DNA of 64,000 nt. Source: Eukaryota sp. TZLM1-RC. Taxonomy: Eukaryota > Protista > Metamonada: BaSk clade. The DNA is taken from assembly GCA_040285825.1 (NCBI GenBank), contig JAUPSS010000013.1, positions 186,001 through 250,000 of the forward strand, written 5' to 3'. Numbering within the stretch: the stretch's first letter is position 1; the number at the start of each line of letters is the position of its first letter. The translations under genes and the position numbers were made by a program. The notes under the pieces are model-generated. The model searched no databases. It was not told where the DNA came from and saw only the letters and a list, made by a program, of their open reading frames with translations. Below, in pieces: positions 12,401-22,922 of this stretch.

Positions 12401-15400
12401 TGTCAACGTGTTTCTTGGCTGATGACGTCATCAGAAGCTCTTGATTGGGGGGTTGAGTGACTGGTTTCTGTTTCTTATGGGAAACATCTGGTGTTTGAAT
12501 AGCAGGTGTAGGAGCAGGTGGTTCATTATTATCACTAGGGGTAGTGACAATTGGAGCTGGGGTCTTGTTGTGAACAGCAGGTGTCGGGGGATCAGGCTCA
12601 ATTGGCTCAGGAGTGTGATTTGCTAGAATGTTATAACAAACAACATCATCAAATTGAATAGAAAGAGTTCTAAATAAGGATTCAATTTCAAATTTAATGT
12701 TCAATTTAGACTCTGGTATTTCATAAATCTCCAACAACATTGCCAAGATGTACATAGTCCAAGGACAAGGAGGCCTGAACAGTTTGCCATGGAGACAAGA
12801 TTTTAACACGTGCGAAACAAAAGGAACCACAGCGATTAGTCTATTTTTAACATAGCCTTCAATCAAAACACCACGAATGTACAAATCTCTTCTCATTAGA
12901 GGAGTGTCCCGACCTAATGTAATCATTCCCAACCAAGAGCCCAAAGCTTTGAGTGCTGATCGAGGTTCGAAATTGGAGGCAATGGAGCTATCAGCGAGGA
13001 GTCCTTTGATGTGGTGGGTGGTGGTATCAAGTATAATCGACCAAACTAATTCTCCATCCATTGCTTGATCAGTGCCTCTTGCTTCCACAATGCCTTCTAT
13101 AAGTTTAAAGTAAAGCTCGTGATTTTTAGGCTCAGTGACTATTCTCCGAACAACCAAATGTTCAGCAAAAAACTCCAAAACATCTCTTCTGAATAACAAG
13201 AGTGGTCTTATGTCTTTATAACCTTTAATCTTGGCAGTATCGAGCCTAATGTTGTTCAAAATGAATTGCATATGATCAGTAATTGACACTTCAGGCACTG
13301 CGACTACCCTTCTCCTTGCACTCTTTAATAAAGCATCACATGAACCTTGGAGCATGGAGCCTCCGGGTAGTTGACGGGGTTTCTGTTGTTGGGCAGAGGA
13401 AGAATTAGTGGTGGAAACGGCATCATCAGCAACTAAATGTGGTTCAAATGGCAGATTTAATTTGTCAGGTAATTCGTAATATTCACCATCAAGTTGTTCA
13501 AGAGCAAAACCAATGCCATGCGACTTAACTTGGCGAAGGAAACCAATAATTTTGGTTTTGAATGTGGTATATCTGGCAACAGCTGATAATTCAAGCACAA
13601 ATTCAATAAACTTGCTCCAATCATCCAAGCGATGGACGAATTGAGCTACAAAATGCCCAACAAAGATTTCTACTTGTCTATGCGGATAATTCGTGGTACT
13701 ATGCTTTTGCAAGTCCAATAACAACTGCATTAACTGTCGTAAAGCAAGTCCAGCATCAGAATTTGTAACCACATCACATGCAAACAAGACACCCAAGACT
13801 CTGGCAAATATTCTGAGTGGAACAGGAGGATAAAGGTCTATAAACCTAATCTCATCAAGCAAGTGATGTAACATCGAACGAAAGACAAGGTAATCATTGG
13901 ATTCTTGAGGCGCTTTGCTTAAACGTTTAAACAAGATTACAACCTCATTTAAGCTAATTGAACCATCAAAAATACTGGTGAAATGATCATTAGCAATTTC
14001 GTCAATATGAGAGGGGAATGTTGGTGGAGGTTCAGGTGGTGAAGTTAAATCAATCTTACTTGGTCCTCGAGTTGTGTCATTCAAGACTTGTTGTTTTAAA
14101 ACTTGTTGTAAGGAAGCGTCAGTGGTACCGTCAACAGAAGGCTCGTGTTGCATGGCTGTTCGGCAATAATCAACTAGTAATTGACCTACTGAAGGATCAA
14201 TAAATTCGTGAAATTCTTGGAAAGTTTTGAGGAAAATTGTTCGAATTTCGGAAGTGATAGGAACACTCTTGACTTCTGATGACTTTTCTTGACTTGGAGA
14301 GACTGTCACGTCATCAGGGAGAGTGCAAACGTCAACAGTAGTGCGTGAGGTTAAGAACTTTACTGCAGCATTAGCAAAAGTACTTCCTTCAGACTGCATT
14401 TTATCAGTCAGCCATATTTCTAAATTCAAATATTCTCTTCTTGCTGCTAATGAAGCCAACCCCAATGCAAAAGACAAATCCTTACACTTAAGCAAAAACA
14501 TTAGTGATCTCAACTCATGAGCAATATCAATCAACCTACTGATAGAACTAGGTTCCTTGTGAAAGGTCATCACCATTGCATTAGTTAGCATTGAATAGTT
14601 GGCTTCCCATAAAGCGTAGAGAACGGGTGAGGCAGCAGGAATTGATCGCAACACTGCTGGGAATAAAGTTGATTGAATATCATCATATAGAGAAGAAGTG
14701 AACAAACCCCTATCAAGCATTGACAGTCCCAACAAAACAACTTCTGGAACTAATTTAATTGGCTTTTGAAGTAGCTGACCTACTCTAGGTCTGACATGAG
14801 TATCCCCAAGCAACAGAACAGTACGTAACAGGTCCAAACTTAACCATGGCTCCATCTCAGCAGGGGGTACAGTAGTGGTATGGTGTTGGTTAGCCCTACC
14901 TGGGGGAGGAGGGAGCTTGTCAGGAGATGGAATTATTGAAGAAGACACAACAGTAAAAGAAGGTTGTTCTGATTGTGGTAGGGAAAGGGTCGTTTCAAGC
15001 AGCTCAATCTGGGCCTCTACATTAACCCAGATCATACCACTAGTCAAGGCTGCTACAAAACTATCAGTTGACTTACACATTTGAAAAACAAAGTCAGACA
15101 AAAACAACGATAATGACTGTAACGATACAGGAGGTTGAAGCAGAGGTGTATCTAATGCAAACAAAACCTCTTCCCAGTTGAGCGGTTGGTTTAATGAAGG
15201 CTTAGTGTACGTTGAGAGAACTTCTGAAACCACAGACAAATTCCAAGGATTGGCTTTATCAATATTGGTACAGAGAATGACTGCAAGGAGTTCCCCAACA
15301 TCATGCTCCGAAACGTCACCAAAATCAGCCAACAACCGAGAAAAAGAATCAGCAGAGGCAGTACACGCAGGGCCATGTTCAGCGACCACACCAGCCAAGG

Positions 15401-16064
15401 AGAGAGAAGAAGCGACAGAAGCTGATACATTGGTGGTGAGGGTAGTGAGGTCAGCGCCAGAGGATGATGCAAACAGAGAATCAGCAAATGCAAGGAGGGC
15501 ATCGTCGGTACTGCAAGTGTGGTGAAGGAGGTTATCGAGGATGGGGAGGAGGGTGGAGAGAGCAGGGTGATTGGACAGTACAGAGCGTAGTTCCATGAGA
15601 TGGTGACATTGAACTGTGGAAAGAAGGTCAGGGGTGAGAGATGGGAAGATTGAGTTCATGAGGGTCACGCCTTCCTGTGACAGCTTCTTGATGGGTGAGT
15701 GAAGGAGACCGAGTGCGAGAACAAGGCGTTGAACAGGGTTGAATGAGGGGTAAGCGAGGAGGTTGACGATAATGGAGTGGTCGAGGGGGCCAAGGATGTG
15801 GAGCAGAAGGGATGAGGAGTTGGGAGACTCGAGGACAATGGAGATTTCCTGGTCAAACAGCTGGCGACACTGGCGGAGGTCTTCCCGGCCCTTTTCAGGA
15901 GAGAATAGCTTGGAGTTCTTGAGGAGAGTTTGAAGAACAAAGGCTCTATTGTCATCATTGACGAGACCATTCAACTGTTGTGAGTGAGAGTGCATTAAAC
16001 ATACCGCAGAGTGTATGGTATCTGAAAAGTGGTTGACAGAGTATTGTATATGATGAAATAGCAT
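9486..16064 (-). CDS. CNOT1: CCR4-NOT transcription complex subunit 1
   Basis: 2192 aa with hallmark NOT1 motifs: LASLAARREYLNLE.WL, LGSWLGMITL, PPCPWTM.IL, LLVLLHDFPEFL, LPDPFTPNLKVDLL, NQLRYPNAHTHYFS, RPHPWGLLITFIEL. Confidence 0.97.
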   Translation of the reverse strand: MLFHHIQYSVNHFSDTIHSAVCLMHSHSQQLNGLVNDDNRAFVLQTLLKNSKLFSPEKGREDLRQCRQLFDQEISIVLESPNSSSLLLHILGPLDHSIIVNLLAYPSFNPVQRLVLALGLLHSPIKKLSQEGVTLMNSIFPSLTPDLLSTVQCHHLMELRSVLSNHPALSTLLPILDNLLHHTCSTDDALLAFADSLFASSSGADLTTLTTNVSASVASSLSLAGVVAEHGPACTASADSFSRLLADFGDVSEHDVGELLAVILCTNIDKANPWNLSVVSEVLSTYTKPSLNQPLNWEEVLFALDTPLLQPPVSLQSLSLFLSDFVFQMCKSTDSFVAALTSGMIWVNVEAQIELLETTLSLPQSEQPSFTVVSSSIIPSPDKLPPPPGRANQHHTTTVPPAEMEPWLSLDLLRTVLLLGDTHVRPRVGQLLQKPIKLVPEVVLLGLSMLDRGLFTSSLYDDIQSTLFPAVLRSIPAASPVLYALWEANYSMLTNAMVMTFHKEPSSISRLIDIAHELRSLMFLLKCKDLSFALGLASLAARREYLNLEIWLTDKMQSEGSTFANAAVKFLTSRTTVDVCTLPDDVTVSPSQEKSSEVKSVPITSEIRTIFLKTFQEFHEFIDPSVGQLLVDYCRTAMQHEPSVDGTTDASLQQVLKQQVLNDTTRGPSKIDLTSPPEPPPTFPSHIDEIANDHFTSIFDGSISLNEVVILFKRLSKAPQESNDYLVFRSMLHHLLDEIRFIDLYPPVPLRIFARVLGVLFACDVVTNSDAGLALRQLMQLLLDLQKHSTTNYPHRQVEIFVGHFVAQFVHRLDDWSKFIEFVLELSAVARYTTFKTKIIGFLRQVKSHGIGFALEQLDGEYYELPDKLNLPFEPHLVADDAVSTTNSSSAQQQKPRQLPGGSMLQGSCDALLKSARRRVVAVPEVSITDHMQFILNNIRLDTAKIKGYKDIRPLLLFRRDVLEFFAEHLVVRRIVTEPKNHELYFKLIEGIVEARGTDQAMDGELVWSIILDTTTHHIKGLLADSSIASNFEPRSALKALGSWLGMITLGRDTPLMRRDLYIRGVLIEGYVKNRLIAVVPFVSHVLKSCLHGKLFRPPCPWTMYILAMLLEIYEIPESKLNIKFEIESLFRTLSIQFDDVVCYNILANHTPEPIEPDPPTPAVHNKTPAPIVTTPSDNNEPPAPTPAIQTPDVSHKKQKPVTQPPNQELLMTSSAKKHVDIDSVVSTGIAKVSELLDGCKLSPKERTMIINAIKNSLRETTSPVVDRAVKIALNTSKVLVNKDFSVVTDLVTYQNTLTNTVSILASHLSSVTCKEPLRYSLHNQLNKELVDAEPQHREVVQSTIQAFYSDIVHTCSTIIESASSEMAIQNIKQACHAEITSRSNGTLVPPTHHPRVQQTLTLPPALKWVDTSAGFALTEDQQKVYSNLLELPKIGTKVVDTRGQDGGDYAFVKFDDSLNQICSLCTKDSDLTSSVAGLTESHPITRNLDCVFAIAKKHCQFPTFVHRAISAAVRRFLETLETHPSIRIDVLAKVLSILKETCSPTIFKAYTEQLCWNERREEFESSRLRIPPLLAYKVVDSLEFFPYIASQMENCENAVDFSIFIIEKLVLEERLEPYSAALPLVLKLETIKTPKVISILNKLSSAFPIHSENQWKRAVEVVFAKWITLLATPPSVEVVLDDLEVSGSAFNNRLGGKIDLFIDSLFARGYLPSSNRPQNNVTAQQMFPDAQFIKNLIDVAIEQALPTANDGVYNPSPLDSCALLLSYCIRRVGASQSSSSVPCTAKLAQRVVAGVTERMLSSFVGGNLVDQRPWLRLFSSLLVELTSPDPVLDSIYWNVITLFFQSLRTIRPSVVPAFALSWVQLLSHKSLMPALLNHREQNGWLMLEKLIILLLQFLEPFLKRVELDSASKVLYKGLLRILLVLLHDFPEFLAEFHFSFCDVIPSTCIQMRNLILSAFPRTIRLPDPFTPNLKVDLLPSIGEIPRISSDYTRLLTECGMIDDLNQYLTTEEPASYPFNLIDKLLLPLDQVSTMATKYNISLINALVLHVGNHGIKTKSQGNSRTLDMGSSSMLIFFRLIQDLDSEGRYYFINAIVNQLRYPNAHTHYFSRVLLYIFGEMTNSVVLEQITRVLLERLIVNRPHPWGLLITFIELVKNKRYHFWDQEFINLTQELKALFSQVYDSIKSSAQL

Positions 16065-16122
16065 GAGGGGAAGAAAAATGGGGTCTTCAAAATTAAATAA
16101 AATGTGTTTTGTTTATTATATC

Positions 16123-16355
16123 TGTTTTTAAACTGAAATATTTATTGAGATAAGAAAAATCTATCTAGAATTCAATATCCTCCAAACAAGCGTCACTATT
16201 ACTAAACCTACTCACAGCATTACGTTCATATTCTACACCAATAGCTAAAAGTGCCTTTGAAATCATTGTTGGAATAGACTTGAAAATGCAAACAACAATT
16301 CTATTTAACCAGATTATGGAATTCATTGTTTTACTAGACCTATTTAGTAACACTT
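16123..16355 (-). mobile_element. 5'-truncated non-LTR insertion, subfamily C2, about 60 bp upstream of the CNOT1 ATG
   Basis: Homologous to 2410-2640. 11-bp TSD TTTATTATATC at 16112-16122 and 16356-16366. Confidence 0.88.
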
Positions 16356-16835
16356 TTTATTATATCCTATTTTTTCATTTAAGTTAATGAAACAAAACAG
16401 CTGTGTATCTGAAAAATTCACTAAGGACAGACCCATTCATCTAATCAGAAGACTCCACTGAGTGGCCACTTTGTAAGTTCTGGAGGCGATTGAAAAACGG
16501 TAGTAGGGATATTCATTAAAATTTGTGTGAGATTTGTGAATTTATTGTTTCAGCTGCCATTAAACAATAACCAATTGCCCCATTCACACAACAATTAAGT
16601 TTTTGTGTGTCATGAAACACTTTCAATGTATTTCAAACATCTTCAACTACATTCTTACACGATGTTTATGCTTGTTTTTATAGTTATTTTATATTATTTG
16701 TATATTTTAGGTTTATTTCTAATCAATTAACATAAACCATTTCAAATGAAAATGATTCTTCATCGATTAGTTCTCGTCACTTCAACAGTTGAATTTCAAC
16801 TATTATTTTTTAGTTTTTTTATTAACAACAAATAT

Positions 16836-17132
16836 TCACAAATTACCAGAAAGATATAACAGACAGTGGTTTATGTCATCATAGTCTATTCTTGATGCTG
16901 CTGCAATGAATGCTAAAAAATGATCCCAAACCTGTTCTCCGGACGATTCTTCTGAGAACTCCCCGCGCTGACACATCCGCTGACACATTTTTCTTAGACA
17001 GTGCTTCTTGGCCCAGCGATGATGAGGTGCTGAGGTAAGTGAATGTAACAACGAACATTTGACACAGGCGGACAAAACCATGCCTGTTGAGATAATGAGA
17101 GAACTGAGTACAATGGCAGAAGAGATCTTCAT
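16836..17132 (-). CDS. Small protein with an N-terminal hydrophobic/signal segment, unknown function; probable in-frame 27-nt intron 17030-17056
   Basis: ATG start and hydrophobic N-terminus. The intron candidate GTTCG...CTTACCTCAG matches the local consensus. Confidence 0.45.
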   Translation of the reverse strand: MKISSAIVLSSLIISTGMVLSACVKCSLLHSLTSAPHHRWAKKHCLRKMCQRMCQRGEFSEESSGEQVWDHFLAFIAAASRIDYDDINHCLLYLSGNL

Positions 17133-17299
17133 GAAGTCGGTTTAGAGAGAATCGGATTGCTGTTTGATTGGTAATTGGTTAGCAGGTACCTTTTCAGGCT
17201 CAAATTCTATAGATTATTTAGTGCGAACAATACTTTCATTTCTTAATGGGAATTTCCCATAAATACACGATCAATTTTCGTGTGGAATAATTACAAAAA

Positions 17300-17890
17300 C
17301 TATCTACTACACAGATACTGAGGCCTTTCATTACCACTTATTCTGGCTTCAGCATTTGCATACATATTCAGACAAGCCAGCTTATTTCTATTGAAGAGCT
17401 CTGTTGAGCCTTTGTTACTGATTTTACAACTGTCACTGTTACAAGCTAATAAACCACGACATCTAGTAACTGGAGTCTTTTAGGCGTTTTTTAAGATGAT
17501 TGAAATAATACCTGTCCAGAACTGGTAAAATTCAGGTTTCCTAGTCCTTAGTTTCCTTTATAGGGCTCATCCAAAAAACACTTTTTGCATCAAATAGTTG
17601 ACACAAGCTGCAATTACTCATACACGAAGTTTTTTATGGAAATAAAATGGCTAAGATGAGTGGTAGTCTGATAACCAATTGTGGAGTAGCGATAAAGTAA
17701 TTCCATACCCACCATCAGTGGTGTTTCTTTTGGATGTTTCTGAAATTGTGATGAAATGAAAACTATTGGAGGCAAGAATTAAGTATTGATTGTTCTGTTT
17801 TTGTTGTGAGTGCAGAGTCTTAAGTCTTAGTAATGTGTCTTTATCGGTTTTCATTGGTGACCCATTGAAATTATGCAGCCTCTCATACAA
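17300..17890 (-). pseudogene. Fanzor (TnpB-like) remnant: Zn finger + RuvC-III C-terminus
   Basis: Manual minus-strand translation gives KTSCMSNCSLCQ ... TRCRGLLACNSDSCKISNKGSTELFNRNKLACLNMYANAEARISGNERPQYLCSR* (stop 17300-17302). A TTDGGYG motif lies upstream. Confidence 0.75.
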
Positions 17891-18004
17891 TTCTTAGTCT
17901 GTTTTTATTTAAACAGACATAACTACCAAATAAACGAGTGCTGATATTTTATTTGTTTTATTAAGGCAGTCCTATAGCTCACCAATTCAAAATCCCAAGC
18001 ATCA

Positions 18005-19165
18005 TTACTGAACACCAATACCAATTACTAGTAAATCCTCTTTCACAGCAAGAAACTCTATTTCTCCAGACATAAAGTCAAAACTACTACTTCTAATAGC
18101 ATTTTTTAAATAAGTTACGATTTTCTGGTGCCAAAACCAGTTCAAAAGCTCAAAAATGATGAAGTTTTTTGACTTTTCAAGACTTGTTTCTAGTTTTCGT
18201 ACGACTGGAGTAACACCTCTTCCATCATACAGAAACATGACATCAGAATGGAGGGTTTCATTCATTCCTAAAAGTGAAAAGTGAACGTACAAGGACATAT
18301 AGTTACGACGTAGGTATATCTGTGGAGGTGACAAAAACGACAGTTTTCCCTCTTGGTTAACTAATCCTCGACTATATACGGATGAAAGAAGCGTGGAGAT
18401 GATAGGAGGCAGAGACAGCCGTGCAGGGACCATTGCATTGAGTATGTTGTTGATCATCGTCTCATCAATGATAAATCGGGCTATCTCCCCTTGACACAAC
18501 CAAGAAGTCCATATTACTTGCTCAAGAGCTCCATCATTCAATGCAAAACATATGCCTTGCTTTGTGATGTTGATTGCAGATACTTTCAAAACTAATCCCA
18601 TTAGTGTCACCTCAGGAAGGTCGTCAACATGAATCCCATTAATCTCTCCCACTGATGACTCGAGTTCTCTCACAATCCTAGCCTTGATTACCCCTAAGAG
18701 CTTTTGTATTATAAAGTTAGTCATTCCTTTCCTTTGAAAAGAAACTTCAATGTTGTTAATGGCAGATTCGATGTGAGAGATGTTGATTATGCCATTACTA
18801 ATGTTTACAAAGGCTGATACAGATACGTTGGAAATTGCAATTTCAAATTCTGTTTTTTGAGAAAGCAAAAGTGATTTAAACTGCTGAATTCCGCTGATTT
18901 TCATAGAAAAAGAAGTTTCAATGAACAAGGAGTCAACTTTGTAAATCATAAACGGTGTAAACTGATTAATGGAGAGTGAATTATAAGAGAAGGAACTTCT
19001 CCCCAACCAGAATTTGTATTCTTCATCAGGAAGGCCTAACTGAAAGGGTTTGAAAGACACAGAAGCCATTTTATACGCCATCTCGTATGGAACGAAGACT
19101 GCAGATTCAGCATAGGCAGTGGAGATGAGAATGAACAACAGACTGATTATGATGTAATGATACAT
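18005..19165 (-). CDS. Secreted ~386-aa protein, possibly BPI/LBP (TULIP)-like lipid-binding protein
   Basis: Signal-peptide-like MYHYIIISLLFILISTAYA. Two halves of amphipathic beta-strands plus long helices. The fold call is impressionistic. Confidence 0.45.
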   Translation of the reverse strand: MYHYIIISLLFILISTAYAESAVFVPYEMAYKMASVSFKPFQLGLPDEEYKFWLGRSSFSYNSLSINQFTPFMIYKVDSLFIETSFSMKISGIQQFKSLLLSQKTEFEIAISNVSVSAFVNISNGIINISHIESAINNIEVSFQRKGMTNFIIQKLLGVIKARIVRELESSVGEINGIHVDDLPEVTLMGLVLKVSAINITKQGICFALNDGALEQVIWTSWLCQGEIARFIIDETMINNILNAMVPARLSLPPIISTLLSSVYSRGLVNQEGKLSFLSPPQIYLRRNYMSLYVHFSLLGMNETLHSDVMFLYDGRGVTPVVRKLETSLEKSKNFIIFELLNWFWHQKIVTYLKNAIRSSSFDFMSGEIEFLAVKEDLLVIGIGVQ

Positions 19166-19324
19166 ACGCCAATCGGAGAGGATACACGATACCCGATCAG
19201 TGATACCCCACAAAGTGTTGAGACATCAAAGATACAAAGGTGTACGACTGTACAAGTTCAGGTCTGGTTCATTCAATTTGAAGTTATGCTCTGCTTGTGA
19301 CATAAGAAAAGTCACATAAGAACT

Positions 19325-19690
19325 ATGAATCATTACACTAAAAATGATAATTATAAAGCAAAGTTGTTATCCGTGAATGCTGAATCCCGAACTCATTATG
19401 TCATTTGTTCACTTCCTTTTTCCCTACATGGCACGCTTGGACCACTTGCTTTATCTTTCTTAGATGATTTTGTTGAAATTTTAAAACAACAAACAGGAAA
19501 TTTTTTGACAAAACATTTTGGCAGAACAGAATTGTTCATTTTCAATTTTTAAAGGTGTCGTACCTTATTTTCTTCTGCTTTATTATCTCTTGGTCGTTTG
19601 TATGAAGGAAAAACTTCCAGTCAATACTTTTTGGCTGATTTGTGATATGAAGATTTAGAATTTAAGTTTGTTGTTAAGTTTTCGTTGGAT
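19325..19690 (+). mobile_element. Degenerate non-LTR 3' fragment
   Basis: PFSLHGTLGPLALSFLDDF..FWQNRI..FSIFKG is homologous to the subfamily A C-terminus. Confidence 0.75.
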
Positions 19691-20238
19691 TCAATTAAGT
19701 TTGTTTGGAAAAAACTAAAAATATAAATATAAATAAAAACAAGAAGAATTTTATTTTAATTTATTTCTTGACTTTTGGAAACCCGAAATACATCCCCATT
19801 TAGTTCTTTCCCATACTTGGATGGAATAGCCCTGTCCTTGCATTGCTTCAGAATTATTTCTTTCACATCATACTTTTATGTCTTAAAAAATACTTTATTG
19901 CCGATGCTCTAACAGATGTCTTCCTGTTTAGGGTAGATATTGAATTGTACATGTAACGATAATCGTTATTGATAGGACAAAGCACTTGATTTCTCTCTAA
20001 ATCATGTTTTGAAAAGTATGTTGTAGAGGAAAAATTATGGTTGAAGTAAAAGAAAGTGTCCAACGAATTGATGAACGCATAAAACATATCATAATGTCCA
20101 AGATATACGTACGTACGTATTTATAGTATAAACGAGTATTCAGAATTACACGTTACAAGTGCTCTAACTGAGGAACGAGTATTTATTCCGAGCAGCCAGT
20201 ACAATAGTCATATTTGAAACAATCTTAGTGAAGCAAGA

Positions 20239-21069
20239 ATGGACAATGATGCTTTAACCATTGGTATAGATCTTGGCACCACTTACTCATGTGCTTCCCG
20301 ATACCATAGTTTTAATCAATCAGCCACCCACACTGCTCAACTCCCTGATGAACTACAAGTGGCCCAAGACCCTAGTACAGGCAAGCATCTTACACCCTCT
20401 ATTGTATCTTGGAAGGCCAGTAAGAAGTCTCCTACTTTTTCCACCTTGGTTGGTGAATCTGCTGAAAACCAGCTTGCTCAAGACCCGGCAAACACTGTGT
20501 ATGAGATTAAACGCATCATTGGAAAGAAATATAGTGATAGTTCTGTGCAAGAAGACCTCAAACGATGGCCATTCATGATTGTCAAGGACCCATACCAGGA
20601 CTCTCCCCTTGTCCAAGTCAATCTTCCCAACCCCAACACTAACCCCACTCCCACTACCTTTTGTCCTGAGCAGATTAGTGCCGAAGTTTTAAAGAAGCTG
20701 AAACACACTGCTGAAGTAAGGTTCAATGCCAAGGTAAGCGGTGCCGTCAATACAGTGCCCTACAACTTCAACGAAACTCAGCGTCGTAATACAAGAAATG
20801 CAGCAAGTCTGGCTGGAATCCGGTCTGTGAGACTAGTTAATGAGCCAACAGCTGCTATACTTTCTTATAAATTTATTCATCCAAGCGTGAATAATAAGAA
20901 AATATTGGTATTTGACCTTGGCGGAGGGACGCTTGATTGTACAATTGCACATCTGTATCATGAGGATGACACGTCATGCCCTGTTGTTAAAGTGCTGGCA
21001 GTTGGTGGTGATGCTAGAACTGGAGGAATGGATATTGATAACGCATTGGTAGATATGGTCATTTCTTGA
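20239..21069 (+). pseudogene. Divergent Hsp70-family gene, truncated within the nucleotide-binding domain
   Basis: IGIDLGTTYS, TPSIV, PEQISA.VL, TVP.NF, NEPTAA, VFDLGGGT, GG.DID; stops at 276 aa next to a minus-strand Fanzor remnant. Confidence 0.8.
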
Positions 21070-21222
21070 TGTTGTTGCAAGGAACTGATTCTCCTGAGAA
21101 TTTCAATCAAATGGAAAATCAAAGTGTTGAAATCAAATCTCTTTCTGGGGGATTTCACAGCTTGACAAGATGGACCATTGCCGCCATTGTTGAACCAAAC
21201 TATAGTGTTTCTTCCTTCATAC

Positions 21223-22081
21223 TAGAGATGGGCATCGTCCGCACTAATCGGACTACGAATTAGTCCGTTCAAACGAACTGCTCTGAAACTAAACGGACGA
21301 ACTACGGACTAGACTAGCCAGTCAACGGACGAGAAACGAACGAACTAATCTCTAGTCCTTAGTTCATTCAAACGCACTACGGACTACCTCGTGAAACAAC
21401 TCAGTTGACAATAAACTTTATTAACCATATGGAGAAATATGATGAAAGATGAACCATGTATAAAATGTATATAATATGTTAGTAGGCTTTACAATCAACA
21501 TCAACCCTCCCTTCTTTGATAGGAAAGTGAGAGAGAAACACATTCTAAACCACATTTTTTACATAATCAACATAAGAAAAGATCTTTATTTTGTAATAAA
21601 CAAACCACACTAAAGCTGGATAACATACATAAATTAATTCGTGTTCTGCAGAAAAAATAATAAACTTTTATCAATGATTAATCAAGTTCTAGCTGCCAGC
21701 CATTACCAATCCAAGATTGGCTTGGAGACAGAGGGACCAGATCAACTTTAGCCTCATCAACATTAGGTTTTTTGGAAGGAGGAGAAGTCATTAGGTTGAA
21801 AGATGTAAAACACTACGAGAATGCAACAGTGCTGAATGTATTCATGTATATTTATATAAACAGAAGATTTATTGACGTACTGATTCTATATAAGTATAAA
21901 CGGACGAACTACGGACTAGACTAAATCCACTTGAGCCAACTACGGACTAGTCTGTAGTCTAGTCCGTAGTCCGCTTAAAAAACTACAGACTAGAAAAAAA
22001 TGAACGAACGAAATACGGACTAAACTAGTTTTTAGTCTAGTTCGCAGTTTAGTCCGAAGTTTAATTTTTTGCCCATCTCTA
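21223..22081. mobile_element. Non-autonomous hAT-superfamily DNA transposon (859 bp)
   Basis: 12-bp TIR TAGAGATGGGCA (21223-21234) / TGCCCATCTCTA (22070-22081). 8-bp TSD CTTCATAC/CTTCAAAC. Clustered subterminal ACGGACTA/TAGTCCG repeats. No transposase ORF. Confidence 0.9.
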
Positions 22082-22922
22082 CTTCAAACAAGCGTTTAAT
22101 TTTGTTAATAAAACTAGTTAGTCTCTTTTGTCTTCGTATGAAAAAATCAAAGTTAATTTTTCTAAGTTTTTTTCTTGCACCACGCTGCAGGTTTCCACAC
22201 ATAATTGAAGAATATTCAGGCTCTTCCTGATATTCAGGAACATAAGGTAAACTGATTTCAATCAGATACTCTTGGAAGCTTTGAGCGGAATAAGTATTAG
22301 GAGTTGCTTGAGTGAGAGAAGGCGGGTGATTTGATTTGCGTTTTTTTTGGGTTAAGCAGCAAGTCAGAACCTTGAAAACATGTGTAGAATTTCAGGAAAA
22401 ACCAGTAGTCCAACCACACAGATTGCTGTGGTTGCGATCAATGACTACAAAAAAACAAATTATCATCAGGATCTCAAAAATTGGGCTTTTCATCCACTGG
22501 TAACCGTGGTCTTTGCTGTGGATTTGCTTTTCTGTGGACATTACATTTTCTTTTCCTAACAGAGTTATGAAAATCATAATTTCCGGAGACATGTCTCAAC
22601 TCAAATTGCGCTTCAGTCGGGCGACTATATGCTTTCCTCGCTTTCTGGGTGAACAAGAGCCGCAAAAAATCACCATTTAAGAAAAAATGTTATAATTAAT
22701 AAATTTAGATTTATCAAAAAACTGATAAGGGTTGTTGAGCAGCTCTTTGGTTTCATTTAGCTTTCTGAAATAAGATTCGGTTATTTCATCCAAACTGCGG
22801 AAGCATGGAGACCAACTGGATAAAGGCGAGAGAGAATGCCTTTTTATAACCTCAGGGAAATTATCTTCTGGAAAAGATAAAATATTCGGTCCTGACTGAA
22901 AAATTGTGGCTGCAATTTCCAT

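Noticed and set aside
10315-15970. Numerous 60-115 aa ORFs overlapping CNOT1 (and similar ones over other genes)
   Set aside because: Antisense or alternate-frame shadow ORFs without motifs.
21235-22069. Short repeated units that might suggest a CRISPR-like array
   Set aside because: Irregular spacing, both orientations, and bounded by TIRs and an 8-bp TSD: these are transposon subterminal repeats.
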